From NCBI GenBank assembly GCA_965249725.1, contig CBDFMQ010000002.1, forward strand, positions 2,272,001-2,336,000: DNA of 64,000 nt, given 5' to 3'. A program made the translations under genes and the position numbers. Below are positions 1-10,235 of this stretch, one piece after another. The DNA is from Longimicrobiales bacterium. Its GTDB lineage: Bacteria; Gemmatimonadota; Gemmatimonadetes; Longimicrobiales; Gaopeijiaceae. A model generated the notes under the pieces. The model did no database searches, was not told where the DNA came from, and worked only from the letters and a program-made list of their open reading frames with translations. Position 1 is the stretch's first letter. The number at the start of each line of letters is the position of its first letter.

Positions 1-663
1 CTTGACGCGGAACAGATAGCGTCCGATGAGCCACAGCACGGCGCTGGCGATGAAGGTCAACACCACGTAGAGGACCGCCGACATCGAGAAGACCTCGAAG
101 GAGCGGAAGGTCTCGGCGCTGACGTTGTAGGCCCGGCCCGTGAGCTCCTCGAGGCCGAAGATCGACGCGATGGAGGTCGTCATCGTCAGCAGGATGTACT
201 GGTTGCTCAGCGGCGGATATAGGACTCTGATGATATGGGGCAGAATGACGTACCACGTCATTTGTGTAACGCTCATGCCGAGCGTTTCCGCCGCTTCGAT
301 CTCCGCCTTGCGAACGGACTGGAAACCGGCACGCAGGGTTTCCGTCAGGTACCCGCTGACATTGAGCGTCAATCCCAGCAGAACTGCCTGGTAGGAAGAC
401 AGAAACACACCCATCTCCGGCAGCGCGAAGAACAAGAAAAATATCTGGACCAGGACCGGTGTGTTCATGAAGAAGGCGACGTAGCCGCTCACCACACCGC
501 GCAACGCTCGGTTCTTGCTATAGGACAGAACGGTCGCATTGATGGTGGCGATGGTTACGCCACCAGCGAAGGCGAGAAACGCCATCTGGAGCGCGAGCCA
601 AGCTCCCCCGATCAGGTAACCTGTGAAGCCTAGGACCTGCCCCCATTGCAGCGTGTAGGCCAC
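1..663 (-). CDS. Polar amino-acid ABC transporter permease (runs off window start)
   Basis: Manual translation from GTG at 663: VAYTLQWGQVLGFTGYLIGGAWLALQMAFLAF...; hydrophobic, directly downstream of the substrate-binding protein. Confidence 0.8.
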   Translation of the reverse strand, partial: MAYTLQWGQVLGFTGYLIGGAWLALQMAFLAFAGGVTIATINATVLSYSKNRALRGVVSGYVAFFMNTPVLVQIFFLFFALPEMGVFLSSYQAVLLGLTLNVSGYLTETLRAGFQSVRKAEIEAAETLGMSVTQMTWYVILPHIIRVLYPPLSNQYILLTMTTSIASIFGLEELTGRAYNVSAETFRSFEVFSMSAVLYVVLTFIASAVLWLIGRYLFRVK

Positions 664-672
664 GTCAGTCCA

Positions 673-1533
673 CTAGAAGAACGGAGTGATCGGTACGGGG
701 GTAGCCATCGGCGCGCCGAACCACTCCTGCCAGCGAGTCGTGATGAAGCCGGACTCGTGCATCTCGTAGACGGCGACGTTCAGCCAATCTCGGACCGTGT
801 CGTTTCCCTTGGCGACCCCGAACCCCGAGTAGTCGGCAGGGCGGAAGTCGGGCGTGGCGAACCAATACCAGTCGACATTCGAGAACGCCCGAGAGAGCCG
901 GAACTCCAGGGTGTCGATCCCGTCCACCGACGCGTCCGCGCGCCCCTGGGCCAGGGCCCGGTCCCGGTCCGTGTAGTTGTCGAGCAGCAGGAGATTGGCC
1001 TTGGGTAACAGTCGTCTGACGATTTCGACGGTGACCGTCCCCCGTACCTGAACGAGGGTGATACTCTCGTCGTTGAGCTGTTGCCACGTGGTGATGCCCG
1101 TCTCCTCGCGGGTGAGGACACCGTAGCTCGACGTGTGAATCGGAACGCTGAAGTCGATGACCTTGGCCCGTTTGGAGTCCCGCGTCATCGCTCCCATGAC
1201 GGCATCCACCTTTCCCAGGGCGACGAACGGAATGCGGTCCGGTGAGCCGAGGACAACGAGCTCGACCTCGACGCCGAGCATGCGACCGATCTCCGCCGCG
1301 ACGTCAACCTCGAATCCGACGATCTCGTTCTGGTCATCGTACAGGGCGCGCGGCGGGATCTGGGGATTCAAGCCGATCCTGATAGTACCCGCCTTGAGGA
1401 TGTCGTCGAGTGTGCGAGCCCCCGTGCTGTCCGCGGTGCGCTCCGACGCACATCCGCCCGCTCCCACAAGCACGAGAATGCCGAGGATGGACCCTCGGCA
1501 AATGCCTCGTGGGGCAGAATAGCGCGTCTTCAT
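673..1533 (-). CDS. Amino-acid ABC transporter substrate-binding lipoprotein (family 3)
   Basis: Lipobox-like GAGGC; TLDDILKAGTIRIG, GFEVDVA, GKVDAVM, IDFSVP motifs; likely start ATG 1533. Confidence 0.85.
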   Translation of the reverse strand: MKTRYSAPRGICRGSILGILVLVGAGGCASERTADSTGARTLDDILKAGTIRIGLNPQIPPRALYDDQNEIVGFEVDVAAEIGRMLGVEVELVVLGSPDRIPFVALGKVDAVMGAMTRDSKRAKVIDFSVPIHTSSYGVLTREETGITTWQQLNDESITLVQVRGTVTVEIVRRLLPKANLLLLDNYTDRDRALAQGRADASVDGIDTLEFRLSRAFSNVDWYWFATPDFRPADYSGFGVAKGNDTVRDWLNVAVYEMHESGFITTRWQEWFGAPMATPVPITPFF

Positions 1534-1779
1534 CCTAGGTCCCTCCGGGACTCGAGAAGTAGAGTCACGGCGATGGTCCCAGGGCCCCAACGTGCGGGGG
1601 GACGGGAGCGGCGCCGTGGGGCCGAACCGTATTGTACCGGTAGGCGCGACACCGGAACAGACGGGAAAACGCGGGTCGCAAGAGACACAAGAGCACGAAG
1701 GGATAGCCGAAACAGAAGCTCTGCTGGCTCGCGCGCTCCGTCCGCGGTCACCATCTTAGCGCATCTATAAGGCGAAGGA

Positions 1780-2095
1780 AGTCAATAGGGCGTAGCCCTC
1801 CCTTACCCGTCCGGGGTCCCGGAGGGGTGGCTCGGTCCACTGGGCTGTAGCTCAAGGCCTGCGTGATCATCTTCTAGTTTTCAAGTTCAGTACCGACGTC
1901 GCGTCCGATCTTGGGCGAGTCTCCTCTCACGAGGGCTCAGGCATCTATTCAGGTTTCGTCCCAGACGTGGGGACGTCCGAAGATCTGCTATGCGAGTGGG
2001 GGGCTCAGTCAGCAGAAGCGGGTCGTCTACTTCGAGCGACATGCGCGGCTTGGAGCTCACCCCTGTCGTGGTACGGTGCATCATGGTGTGTGATC
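1780..2095 (-). ncRNA. Candidate bridge/seek RNA region of the IS110 element
   Basis: Hairpin-rich non-coding region containing CGATCTT (1906-1912) and GCATCTAT (1941-1948), which match opposite strands of the two element ends. Confidence 0.5.
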
Positions 2096-3133
2096 TCAGT
2101 TTAGTTGTGTCACAGGCTCATCGTGCCAGACCTCACCGGTACGCAGCATCGCGTGCACGGCGCGAGCGAGACGACGAGCGGTGGCGACCCGGGCGACTTG
2201 CCAGCCGAGACGCCCTTTGATCTGTTCGTAGGACCGCGATAGCCAGCTGTCGGGCGCGTGCGTGACGTGGCTCACGACGGCCCGAACGAAGGTGCCCCTC
2301 AGCCAGCGGTTCGCACCGGCGGGGATCGATCCGTGGCGAATGGGCCGGAGCCCTGACTGTGAAGAGCGTGGAGCGAGACCGGCGTAGCTGACCAGGTGGC
2401 CCGGAGTCCGGAATCGTGTGATGGGCAGTGTCTCTGTCGCGATGAGCAATGCCCGGTAGGGACCGATGCCGGGCACCGTCTCGAGCAGCGCCACGGCCGG
2501 GATCTTTTGGCCCATGTGCCCGACCCTGCGATCGAGCGTTCGGATCATCGGTACGATCTGGTCAATGAGGGCCCACTGCATGTCGATGAACAGACGCCGC
2601 TCGGCTCCGAGCAGGGGCCACGCCACGTCGCGCACCCACTGGCGTCCGTTCTGGGTGAGCAAGCGCCCACGCTCCAGATGAAGCCCGACGTTGTGGATCT
2701 GGGCGTGGATGCGGTTCACCATCCGGGTACGTTCCCTCACGAGTCTTGCCCGGTTGCGCAGAAGCACCGCTTGCTCCCGCTGCTCGATGCACTTCGGATG
2801 GACCTCGGGGATGAGGCCTGCCAGCCGCATACGCGCCAACAACTCGGCGTCGATGTCGTCACTCTTGTAGTTGGACTCGGCGATGACGCGGAGCCGCTTG
2901 GCGTGGGCGAGCACGAAGCGGATTCCATTGCCCTGGAGTTGATCGAAGAGCCACGGCCAGGCCGGACTCGTCTCGACGACCACCTCGAGGGGGCGATACT
3001 GCTCGAACAGTTCATCGAGTCGATCCGCTTCCTTGTTATTGATGCGAGCGGGTCCGTGCACGAGCTGACCTTTGTTGCTTACGATAGCGATCACTGAATA
3101 CGTTGCGTGAGCATCAATCCCTGCGACAAACAT
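2096..3133 (-). CDS. IS110-family transposase/recombinase (DEDD)
   Basis: MFVAGIDAH, VVVET, KSDDIDAELLA, LETVPGIG, LVSYAGLAP...SQSG; true start ATG 3133. Confidence 0.92.
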   Translation of the reverse strand: MFVAGIDAHATYSVIAIVSNKGQLVHGPARINNKEADRLDELFEQYRPLEVVVETSPAWPWLFDQLQGNGIRFVLAHAKRLRVIAESNYKSDDIDAELLARMRLAGLIPEVHPKCIEQREQAVLLRNRARLVRERTRMVNRIHAQIHNVGLHLERGRLLTQNGRQWVRDVAWPLLGAERRLFIDMQWALIDQIVPMIRTLDRRVGHMGQKIPAVALLETVPGIGPYRALLIATETLPITRFRTPGHLVSYAGLAPRSSQSGLRPIRHGSIPAGANRWLRGTFVRAVVSHVTHAPDSWLSRSYEQIKGRLGWQVARVATARRLARAVHAMLRTGEVWHDEPVTQLN

Positions 3134-3346
3134 GGCTGGCCTCCTTGGGTTGGGTGCCGCAGGCCTTTGAGCAAGTTCAGCGTAACGCCCCGCTCGAGTG
3201 AGGTCAGCCTTCGCCTTATAAGATCGCGCAGAGCCGCGGCGCCGTACTGATTTCGAGGGGCGGTTTGCTCCACGCCGAGACCACCGAACGCAGCGAGGTG
3301 CATCGCGATCGGTTAAGTACCCTGTCACCGAGACTGAGGTTGTAGC

Positions 3347-4291
3347 GTGAGCCAGCCCAAAAGAGGCCACGACCCCATGTCTGCGCCGCGGTACATGGAC
3401 ATCGCCACGTTCATGCGGACACCGCTGATCGATGATCCGGCCGACTTTGACATCGCTTTGGTCGGAGTCCCTTACGATGGAGCCGTGACGAACCGAGCGG
3501 GTGCACGACACGGTCCCCGCGAGGTCCGAAACGCATCGAGCATGATGCGTTCCATTCATCCGACCACTCGTGAGAGTCCGTACGATGTGTGTCGAGTAGG
3601 CGACGGTGGAGACGTTCCGTTTACACGTCTGTACGACCCCGAGTTGGCACACGACGATATCGAGAAGTTCATCTCCGGCTTCAGTGCCGCTGGTGCCGCG
3701 ACGGTGGCCATCGGCGGCGACCACTCCGTCACACTCCCGATCCTCAGAGGACTGGGCTCCAGTGAGCCGGTGGGCCTGATCCACGTCGACGCACACACGG
3801 ACACGTGGGACGAGTTCATGGGGTCGCGATACAATCACGGCGCTCCCTTCCGTCGATCCGTCGAAGAGGGATTGATCGACCCATCGCGCACCATACAGAT
3901 CGGAATCCGCGGTGCCCAAAACTCTACGGAGGGGTGGGACTATTCGGCCGAGAGCGGGATGCGCGTGGTTTTCATGGATGAGGTGTCTCGGGTGGGGGTT
4001 GAAGAGGTCGCACGGGAGGCGATGGAAATCGTCGGCGACGGGCCCACCTACCTGTCGTTCGACATCGACAGCGTCGATCCTGCGTTTGCGCCAGGGACGG
4101 GCACACCGGAGGTGGGGGGACTCACTTCGGTCGAGAGTCTCACGCTTCTCCGTTCGCTTCGAGGCGTATCGTTGATTGGAGCGGACGTCGTTGAGGTGGC
4201 CCCCCCGTTCGACCCGACCGGGAACACCTCATTGTTGGCCGCTACGATCATGTACGAACTGCTTTGCCTCTTGGCGGACTCTCGTCGTTAG
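3347..4291 (+). CDS. speB: Agmatinase / ureohydrolase
   Basis: GARHGP, GGDHS, HVDAHTD, SFDIDSVDPAFAPGTGTP motifs. Confidence 0.88.
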   Translation: MSQPKRGHDPMSAPRYMDIATFMRTPLIDDPADFDIALVGVPYDGAVTNRAGARHGPREVRNASSMMRSIHPTTRESPYDVCRVGDGGDVPFTRLYDPELAHDDIEKFISGFSAAGAATVAIGGDHSVTLPILRGLGSSEPVGLIHVDAHTDTWDEFMGSRYNHGAPFRRSVEEGLIDPSRTIQIGIRGAQNSTEGWDYSAESGMRVVFMDEVSRVGVEEVAREAMEIVGDGPTYLSFDIDSVDPAFAPGTGTPEVGGLTSVESLTLLRSLRGVSLIGADVVEVAPPFDPTGNTSLLAATIMYELLCLLADSRR

Positions 4292-4342
4292 CGGGCTTGG
4301 ACGTTCGGCTACAGAACAGGAACTATCGCTCGACCATCAGTC

Positions 4343-4600
4343 CTAGTCGTCCCTGATGAGAACATTGAGTGACGACGCGAAGAAGGGCGGCTTGGGGCGC
4401 TCGTCCAGGTGCAGTTCCAGTAGGCGGCCACCACCGGTCACTCGGCCTAGAACTCGAATGACCTCGGCCTCGCCCTCGGTGGTTTGGACCCGCTCACCGA
4501 CCTGCGGCACGTAGTCAGACCTCGCTTGAAATCCCGGGTAATCGGCTGAAGTGACGCGGAGGCTTTCCAACCGCACACGCGATGTATTCGGAGAAATCAT
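4343..4600 (-). CDS. Hypothetical protein
   Basis: 85-aa ORF filling the gap after cspA, protein-like composition. Confidence 0.5.
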   Translation of the reverse strand: MISPNTSRVRLESLRVTSADYPGFQARSDYVPQVGERVQTTEGEAEVIRVLGRVTGGGRLLELHLDERPKPPFFASSLNVLIRDD

Positions 4601-4663
4601 GGTTCCTCACTCTGATGTGGGGCGGGTCGCTCCGCCGTGTCGCCGCGGCGTGGGCTCCACACC

Positions 4664-4702
4664 GAAAAGAAGCGGGGCCGCCCCGACACTCGGAACGGCC
4701 CC
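4664..4702 (-). terminator. Intrinsic terminator of the cold-shock gene
   Basis: GGGGCCG...CGGCCCC stem followed by GCTTCTTTTT on the minus strand. Confidence 0.7.
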
Positions 4703-4733
4703 AGATCTGGATCAGATCCAACTCATCGAGCGG

Positions 4734-4940
4734 TTAGCTTGCGACGACGTTCTCAGCTGCGGGGCCCTTGGCCCCCTCAACGATATCGAACTCAACCTGA
4801 GCTCCCTCGGCGAGGGTTTTGAAACCCTCCGCCTGGATCGCGCTGTGATGGACGAAGCAGTCCTTGCTGCCGTCCGCAGGTGTGATGAAGCCGAAGCCCT
4901 TTTGGTCGTTGAACCACTTCACAGTTCCGTTGGTACGCAT
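4734..4940 (-). CDS. cspA: Cold-shock protein
   Basis: [15 protein letters not shown]...DCFVHHSAI; start ATG 4940. Confidence 0.95.
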   Translation of the reverse strand: MRTNGTVKWFNDQKGFGFITPADGSKDCFVHHSAIQAEGFKTLAEGAQVEFDIVEGAKGPAAENVVAS

Positions 4941-5393
4941 CGTTGCGCTCCTCGGTTTTTGCCTGTCGGGGGTCACGTGATACGCACTTGCCGACCTGCT
5001 GGTAGTTGCGCGGATCAGCCGCGCGTCATCGTGACCGAATGGGCCACAATAGAAAGAGGGCGGGTGTCTCCAAGAACGAGACCCTCGCCCTCATCAATCT
5101 TGGTACACTCCGACCGGGAGTGACTATGAAGCCTCGCGGCAATCAAACACGCCGTCAACAGTTCTCCACGAATCCGCCCGGTCGTCATGCACCTAAACAG
5201 CTTGGTTCTCCCCCTCCACCACTCCCTCGCCTCCAATGAAGTAACGGGCGGAGGTGGCCGCCAAACCGGACAACGTTCCGTTCGAGGTGTGGCTGCCTTG
5301 GGCGCGGATACTGTAATCCAAACTCGCGCGCCTCGCCCGCAGTCACCATCTTAGCCACGGGCAGAATCGCATCTCCGTTAGGACGCTAGGTGA

Positions 5394-6875
5394 ATGAAGT
5401 CCTTTGCCGCACTACTGTTGGCGACACCCGCCATCATCGTTTCACACTCCGGAGGCGCGGATAGCGGTGCCCCGCCGCCCCAGCTGCCCGAAGTCGTGGT
5501 CAACAGCGACTACTACGACGGAGGATCACCGTCCTCGGCACGAGTCGAGTTGGGACGTATGCTCTTCTTCGACAAAATCCTTAGCGGGAACCGCAACATC
5601 GCCTGCGCCACGTGCCACCACCCCGACCTGGGCACGACGGACGGGCTGGCCCTCGGACTGGGTGAAGGCCCACACGGGCTGGGACCCGAGCGCCGGGTGG
5701 GATCGACCAAGGCCGCAGGGGTCCACGGTCGGGTGCCGAGAAACGCTCCGGCCCTGTTCAACCTCGGTGCGAAGGAGTTCATCAGGGTGTTCCATGACGG
5801 ACGGGTCGAGACGGACCCGGACGGGCTCTACGAGGGTGGGTTCGTCACTCCTGCCAGGTGGAGGCTGCCCAAGGGGCTCGACAACGTCTTGGCGGCACAG
5901 GCCATGTTCCCCGTAGGTGCATCCGTCGAGATGGCAGGCCAGAAGGGTGAGAACTCCATCGCAGACGCCGTATCGCTGAAGAGCGTGGCGGGCCATGGCG
6001 GTGTTTGGGAGCTGCTCGGGGAGCGATTGCAGGGTATCCCGGAGTACGTCGAACTCTTCAAGAGTGCGTTTCCTGAGCGGGTAACCAGTGCCGCAGATGT
6101 CAATTACGTAATGGCTGCCAACGCTATCGCAGCTTTCGAGACCAGTGCGTTCCGAGCCGACCGCAGTCCGTTCGACCGCTACCAGAGGGGCCAAGCAGAC
6201 GCTCTGAGCGCGAAAGCGGAGCGCGGGGCCGACCTCTTCTACGGAAGTGCCGGCTGCAGCAGCTGCCACTCAGGCAAGTTCCAGACCGATCACGACTTTC
6301 ACGCCATCGGCATGCCCCAGATCGGACCCGGCAGGTCCGACAGTGGCGACACCGACTACTGGGCGGTGACGGGGGAGAAGGCGTTCCCAGAGGACCTGGG
6401 GAGGGGGGAAGTCACTGGGTGGCCAGAGGACGACTTCAAGTTTCGCACGCCGTCTCTGCGCAATGTCGCCGTCACCGGCCCTTGGGGTCACGACGGGGCG
6501 TACCAGACATTGGAGGACGTTGTGCGGCACCACGCCGATCCCCTAGCGGCGCTGGAGGACTACCGGCTCGACCCGAGTCTGCTCCCTCCGTTGGATGGGG
6601 TCCTCGAGCTCACGACAATGGCCTCGGGGCTGAGCGAAGACTGGCTCAATGAGCATCGACTCCGGGCGTTCTTGATGCGTGACGATTGGGTCCAGACCCG
6701 GACCGCGCTACGCGGACGTATCGCGGCCGCCAACGAACTGGTCCCACTCTCGCTTTCCGATCAGGACATCGACGATATCGTGGCCTTCCTCGAGAGCCTC
6801 ACTGACCCTTCTTCGCAGAGCCTCGCACACCTGATCCCCCAGCGCGTTCCCAGCGGTCTTCTGGTAGCCAACTGA
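5394..6875 (+). CDS. Di-haem cytochrome c peroxidase / MauG family
   Basis: Two CxxCH motifs (CATCH, CSSCH), LGRMLFFD..LS, FRTPSLRNV, signal peptide. Confidence 0.88.
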   Translation: MKSFAALLLATPAIIVSHSGGADSGAPPPQLPEVVVNSDYYDGGSPSSARVELGRMLFFDKILSGNRNIACATCHHPDLGTTDGLALGLGEGPHGLGPERRVGSTKAAGVHGRVPRNAPALFNLGAKEFIRVFHDGRVETDPDGLYEGGFVTPARWRLPKGLDNVLAAQAMFPVGASVEMAGQKGENSIADAVSLKSVAGHGGVWELLGERLQGIPEYVELFKSAFPERVTSAADVNYVMAANAIAAFETSAFRADRSPFDRYQRGQADALSAKAERGADLFYGSAGCSSCHSGKFQTDHDFHAIGMPQIGPGRSDSGDTDYWAVTGEKAFPEDLGRGEVTGWPEDDFKFRTPSLRNVAVTGPWGHDGAYQTLEDVVRHHADPLAALEDYRLDPSLLPPLDGVLELTTMASGLSEDWLNEHRLRAFLMRDDWVQTRTALRGRIAAANELVPLSLSDQDIDDIVAFLESLTDPSSQSLAHLIPQRVPSGLLVAN

Positions 6876-6993
6876 GGCTCGCGGGTGATCCGGGCCAATG
6901 GGCACAAGAATGGGCACACAAGGACCCCCGGATCATGTGTCAGGTGTGCACCAATTGAGCGCAGTCCGATGGCAGTGCCGCCGTCTGAGTCGT

Positions 6994-7407
6994 TTACGCA
7001 CGTGTTGACCCGATCTCCGCACTTATCCTGGCGATGATCTCGGTCGTGGAAATCCCCGGCGTGTAGCCCACCGAGCGGTAAATGCCCATCTCGATCGGAA
7101 TCTTGTAGCAGAGCTCTTCCATCTCACTGGAAAAGTCATCTCCGTGCACGATCAGGTCGATATTGTGCTGTTCGATCCAGGCACCGTCGATCGTGAGTGG
7201 TGCGTTGGATACTACTTCATCGACGTAGCGACAGCCCTCGACCGAAGCCACGCGCTCCGCCATGGACAATATCGGGCGGCTCTTGTAGCTCATCACCGTT
7301 TCATCGGCGTGAACACCCACCAACAGGTAGTCACCGTGTCTTCTGGCCTGTCGGAGGAAGTTCACGTGACCGTAATGGAACAGATCGGCCACCATATCGA
7401 CGTACAC
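6994..7407 (-). CDS. Cytidylyltransferase-family protein
   Basis: DLFHYGH (HxGH), GVHAD, HGDD, TPGISTT. Confidence 0.85.
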   Translation of the reverse strand: MYVDMVADLFHYGHVNFLRQARRHGDYLLVGVHADETVMSYKSRPILSMAERVASVEGCRYVDEVVSNAPLTIDGAWIEQHNIDLIVHGDDFSSEMEELCYKIPIEMGIYRSVGYTPGISTTEIIARISAEIGSTRA

Positions 7408-7464
7408 GCGTGTGATTTCAGGTTCTCCTGGTCTAGGTCTATGCGTTATTGATCGAAGCCATTG

Positions 7465-8361
7465 TCAGACCTGTTCAGCAATCAGGGCGTCCGCTCTGCC
7501 CGAGGGATTCTGGGGATCCGGTTTGTAGACGTAGTCAACACCAGGTGTGAGGTATTCGACATAGAGGATCTCCTTATGGTCTCCATATTGGACGGCGACC
7601 ACGTATCCAGCTTCCCCCGGCAGGCTGAAGTAGACATAGCCATGTGTATTGGTTCTTGACCTGTCCAGCCCTGTCAGAACAGTCGTGGCGGCTAACGAGA
7701 CCTCGGCCCCCTCAACCGGACGACCCTCGAGATCGAGGACCCTCAGACTGCCGTTGTGCCGTTGAGGTTCAAGTTTGTTAGCCAGGCCCATGATCCCATC
7801 GGAGGCAGTGGGAAGAGCGTTCTTGGCCATAAGATCTAGGACTTCCTGTTCGAACCCGCCCGCTCTCTTTGGGATCATCCATTCCGGACCGTACTTGAGC
7901 CGAAGGTATTCTTCGGGCGGATTCGGTACCAAGAATTTCTCGCCAAGGAAATCGATCTCTTTCAGGTCCGTGTGAAGGCTCACCGGGATTTGAACGACCG
8001 GCCACTGGTAGATGCTGTCGTCAATGATTCGATAGCAGGACCAGTCCATCTTGGTGCCGGATTTCTCCAGATCAACGCTCAGACTGAGTTCATTCTCTTG
8101 GATTTTCGCATCGAACCCGTGCTCCTTGAACACGTCCGCTGCACTACGTACAAGTTCTTCGGTGAGCCCGTGCAGGCCGATCACCGAACCGATGTCCAGG
8201 TCATCGTCCCATTCGATGAAGGCGCGATCCCTCACAGCGCCCAAACACGTGCCGTGGCGCAAGAAGAAGACCAGTCCGAGTCGATCCAGGATCTGTTTCG
8301 CTTCTTTCAGCAGCGCTTCGGCATTGGTCTTGTCCATTGGCTCGAGAACGGTGGGCTTCAT
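7465..8361 (-). CDS. LicD-family protein with C-terminal extension
   Basis: GTCLGAVR...WDDDLDIG, P.NPEEYL..KYG..WMIP; start likely ATG 8361. Confidence 0.8.
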   Translation of the reverse strand: MKPTVLEPMDKTNAEALLKEAKQILDRLGLVFFLRHGTCLGAVRDRAFIEWDDDLDIGSVIGLHGLTEELVRSAADVFKEHGFDAKIQENELSLSVDLEKSGTKMDWSCYRIIDDSIYQWPVVQIPVSLHTDLKEIDFLGEKFLVPNPPEEYLRLKYGPEWMIPKRAGGFEQEVLDLMAKNALPTASDGIMGLANKLEPQRHNGSLRVLDLEGRPVEGAEVSLAATTVLTGLDRSRTNTHGYVYFSLPGEAGYVVAVQYGDHKEILYVEYLTPGVDYVYKPDPQNPSGRADALIAEQV

Positions 8362-8574
8362 GGTCGTGGATAAGCTCCTGTGTGGTTGTCTTGCGTGTAT
8401 ACACTGCAACTCATCCGGCGCTTCGGCGGCTGCCGACTCCTTCCTCCGACAGCGTTCTCCCCGTGGGAGGCACGCGAACCCCCCGATAGCGAACCGGCCC
8501 GCAAGGCCGGCGAACCTGAGTGGCATATCCAACGGATATGTCTACGAGGGTTCGATGTAGATCACAGGCGAGAG

Positions 8575-8599
8575 CTTGAGTCAGGCGTTACGTGACGTG
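8575..8599. repeat. Cassette-boundary site, right half only (distal end of array 1)
   Basis: GCTTGAGTCAGGCGTTACGTGACGT matches the right end of family-A sites. Confidence 0.6.
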
Positions 8600-8683
8600 A
8601 GTGCGGTCAAGGTACCGCGTCGGGGGCTCAGAGAACCGCGAGCAATCCGTCCAGAGACTCCGCCAGACTGCAGCAATCGCTTC

Positions 8684-9655
8684 TTAGCCGGCCACCTCCC
8701 CTGCGGCGCGGGAATCAACCTCTATTAGGCCAGGTCGCGGATCTCGACGGACTCGCAACTCGAAGACGTCAGGGCGCGAATAGTGCCCCGCTATGTCCAA
8801 CTGCCAGCGAGGTCCGACAAGTTGATCCGGTTCTATATCCGCGTAGAGAATGCCTTCTTCCCCCTCCAGCGGTCCCGCAACGACCTTGCCGTCTGGATCG
8901 ACGATCAGACTGAGGCCTGGATTCAGCCAGCCCTCCAACTCAGCCAAGTACTCGTCCTTGAACGCCAGGTGATCCGGCACATCGTCTTTGTGGAAGGCCT
9001 GGCACGCCGCGATCACGAAGCAGCGCCCTTCTTTCGCCACGTGCCGCATGGTCGAGATCCACGGCTCTCCGCGGTCCCATGTTGGAGCCACGTGAACCTG
9101 CTCTCCCCACGCCGTGAGTGCGTAGCGAGCCAGCGGCATGTAGTTCTCCCAGCACAGGAGTCCGCTGAGGCGTCCGAATGGGAGATCGAACACTTCGAGG
9201 TCACTGCCTGCGGCCTGCCCCCACACTAGCCGCTCACCAGCGGTCGGGATCAGTTTCCGGTGCTTTCCGAGCACGCGTCCGTCCTGGCCCAGGTAGAGCA
9301 GCGTGTTGTAGAGCGTTGAGTCGCTGGCCTCTGAGTTCCTCTCGTTCACCCCAATCGCAACGGTGACACCGCAATCACCGGCGGCGTCAGCCAAAAGGCT
9401 CACCTCGGGCCCAGGAATGGAAACGGAATTGCCGTGGAGCTGAGCGTAGAGCTCCCGGAGGGGGTGCGTCTTTCCCGGCGGGATGAACCAGACCCACAGT
9501 GGATAACCGGGCACGAACGCCTCTGGGAACGCGACGAGCGTAGCCCCCGCGTTTGCGGCGGCCTCGATCAGTTGGCACGCCTTCGCAATCGTGGCGTCCA
9601 AGTCTAAGAACACAGGGGCGGCTTGGACCGCCGAGATTCTGAAGGGTTCCGACAC
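8684..9655 (-). CDS. Nitrilase (carbon-nitrogen hydrolase), cassette gene
   Basis: Glu-Lys-Cys triad: FPEAF, HRKLIPT, LCWEN. Confidence 0.9.
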   Translation of the reverse strand: MSEPFRISAVQAAPVFLDLDATIAKACQLIEAAANAGATLVAFPEAFVPGYPLWVWFIPPGKTHPLRELYAQLHGNSVSIPGPEVSLLADAAGDCGVTVAIGVNERNSEASDSTLYNTLLYLGQDGRVLGKHRKLIPTAGERLVWGQAAGSDLEVFDLPFGRLSGLLCWENYMPLARYALTAWGEQVHVAPTWDRGEPWISTMRHVAKEGRCFVIAACQAFHKDDVPDHLAFKDEYLAELEGWLNPGLSLIVDPDGKVVAGPLEGEEGILYADIEPDQLVGPRWQLDIAGHYSRPDVFELRVRRDPRPGLIEVDSRAAGEVAG

Positions 9656-9718
9656 CGTCCTGGGTCTCCTTCTTCAAGGGTCCGTCCAATCTGTGATTGT
9701 ACTTCGAAAACTCATGTC

Positions 9719-9861
9719 CGATAACGGGCTCACGGACTCAAGACGCGGAGGTGGCGAAGCCACCGGAGTGTCCGCGAAGCGGCCGGCCCGTTGCTCACGT
9801 TAGAGCTTCGCGCTCCAGAGCGACAGCGGACCCAGGGCCATGCGTGAGTCTGGCGTTATCG
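9719..9861. repeat. attC-like site, family A
   Basis: CGATAAC-GGGCTCACGGACTCAAG...GAGTCTGGC-GTTATCG. Confidence 0.85.
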
Positions 9862-10004
9862 GGCGTGAGTGCGGTCGCACCATCACGATCGCGCCAGTGC
9901 GATGCACTCCACCTTGCGCCGACGCCGGTTGAGAGTAGCCCTTCCCCCAGGCCCTCTGATCCGTTATACGTACATTTGGATATCACTCATACGTAGGGGG
10001 ACCT

Positions 10005-10235
10005 GTGGCCAAGACCAAACTCACGTTGTCGGTCGATAAGGCTTTGGTGGTGAAGGCGAAGCAGTTCTCGCAGAGGAACGAGACAACGGTCTCGGAGTTG
10101 GTATCACAGTTTCTGGCGTCGTTGGACGATGACCGTGGGATAGCGGCACCCATTACCTCACGCCTTCGTGGCATATTGCCTTCTAGCGTCGAACGCGAGG
10201 GATACCGCGAACATCTCGAGGAGAAGCACGGGTGA
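10005..10235 (+). CDS. Antitoxin (DUF6364-like)
   Basis: KTKLTLSVD..LV.KAK..S......VSELV; overlaps the PIN gene. Confidence 0.75.
   Translation: MAKTKLTLSVDKALVVKAKQFSQRNETTVSELVSQFLASLDDDRGIAAPITSRLRGILPSSVEREGYREHLEEKHG

Larger units (their letters stand above)
1759..3230 (-). mobile_element. IS110-family element, IS1111-like
   Basis: 13-bp subterminal inverted repeats TATAAGGCGAAGG (1766-1778) / CCTTCGCCTTATA (3208-3220); GCGCA at both junctions; ~315-bp non-coding region 3' of the transposase. Confidence 0.8.

Noticed and set aside
2096..3919. 607-aa transposase ORF
   Set aside because: The N-terminal ~260 aa is mostly antisense to speB and extends past the IS end; the real start is 3133.
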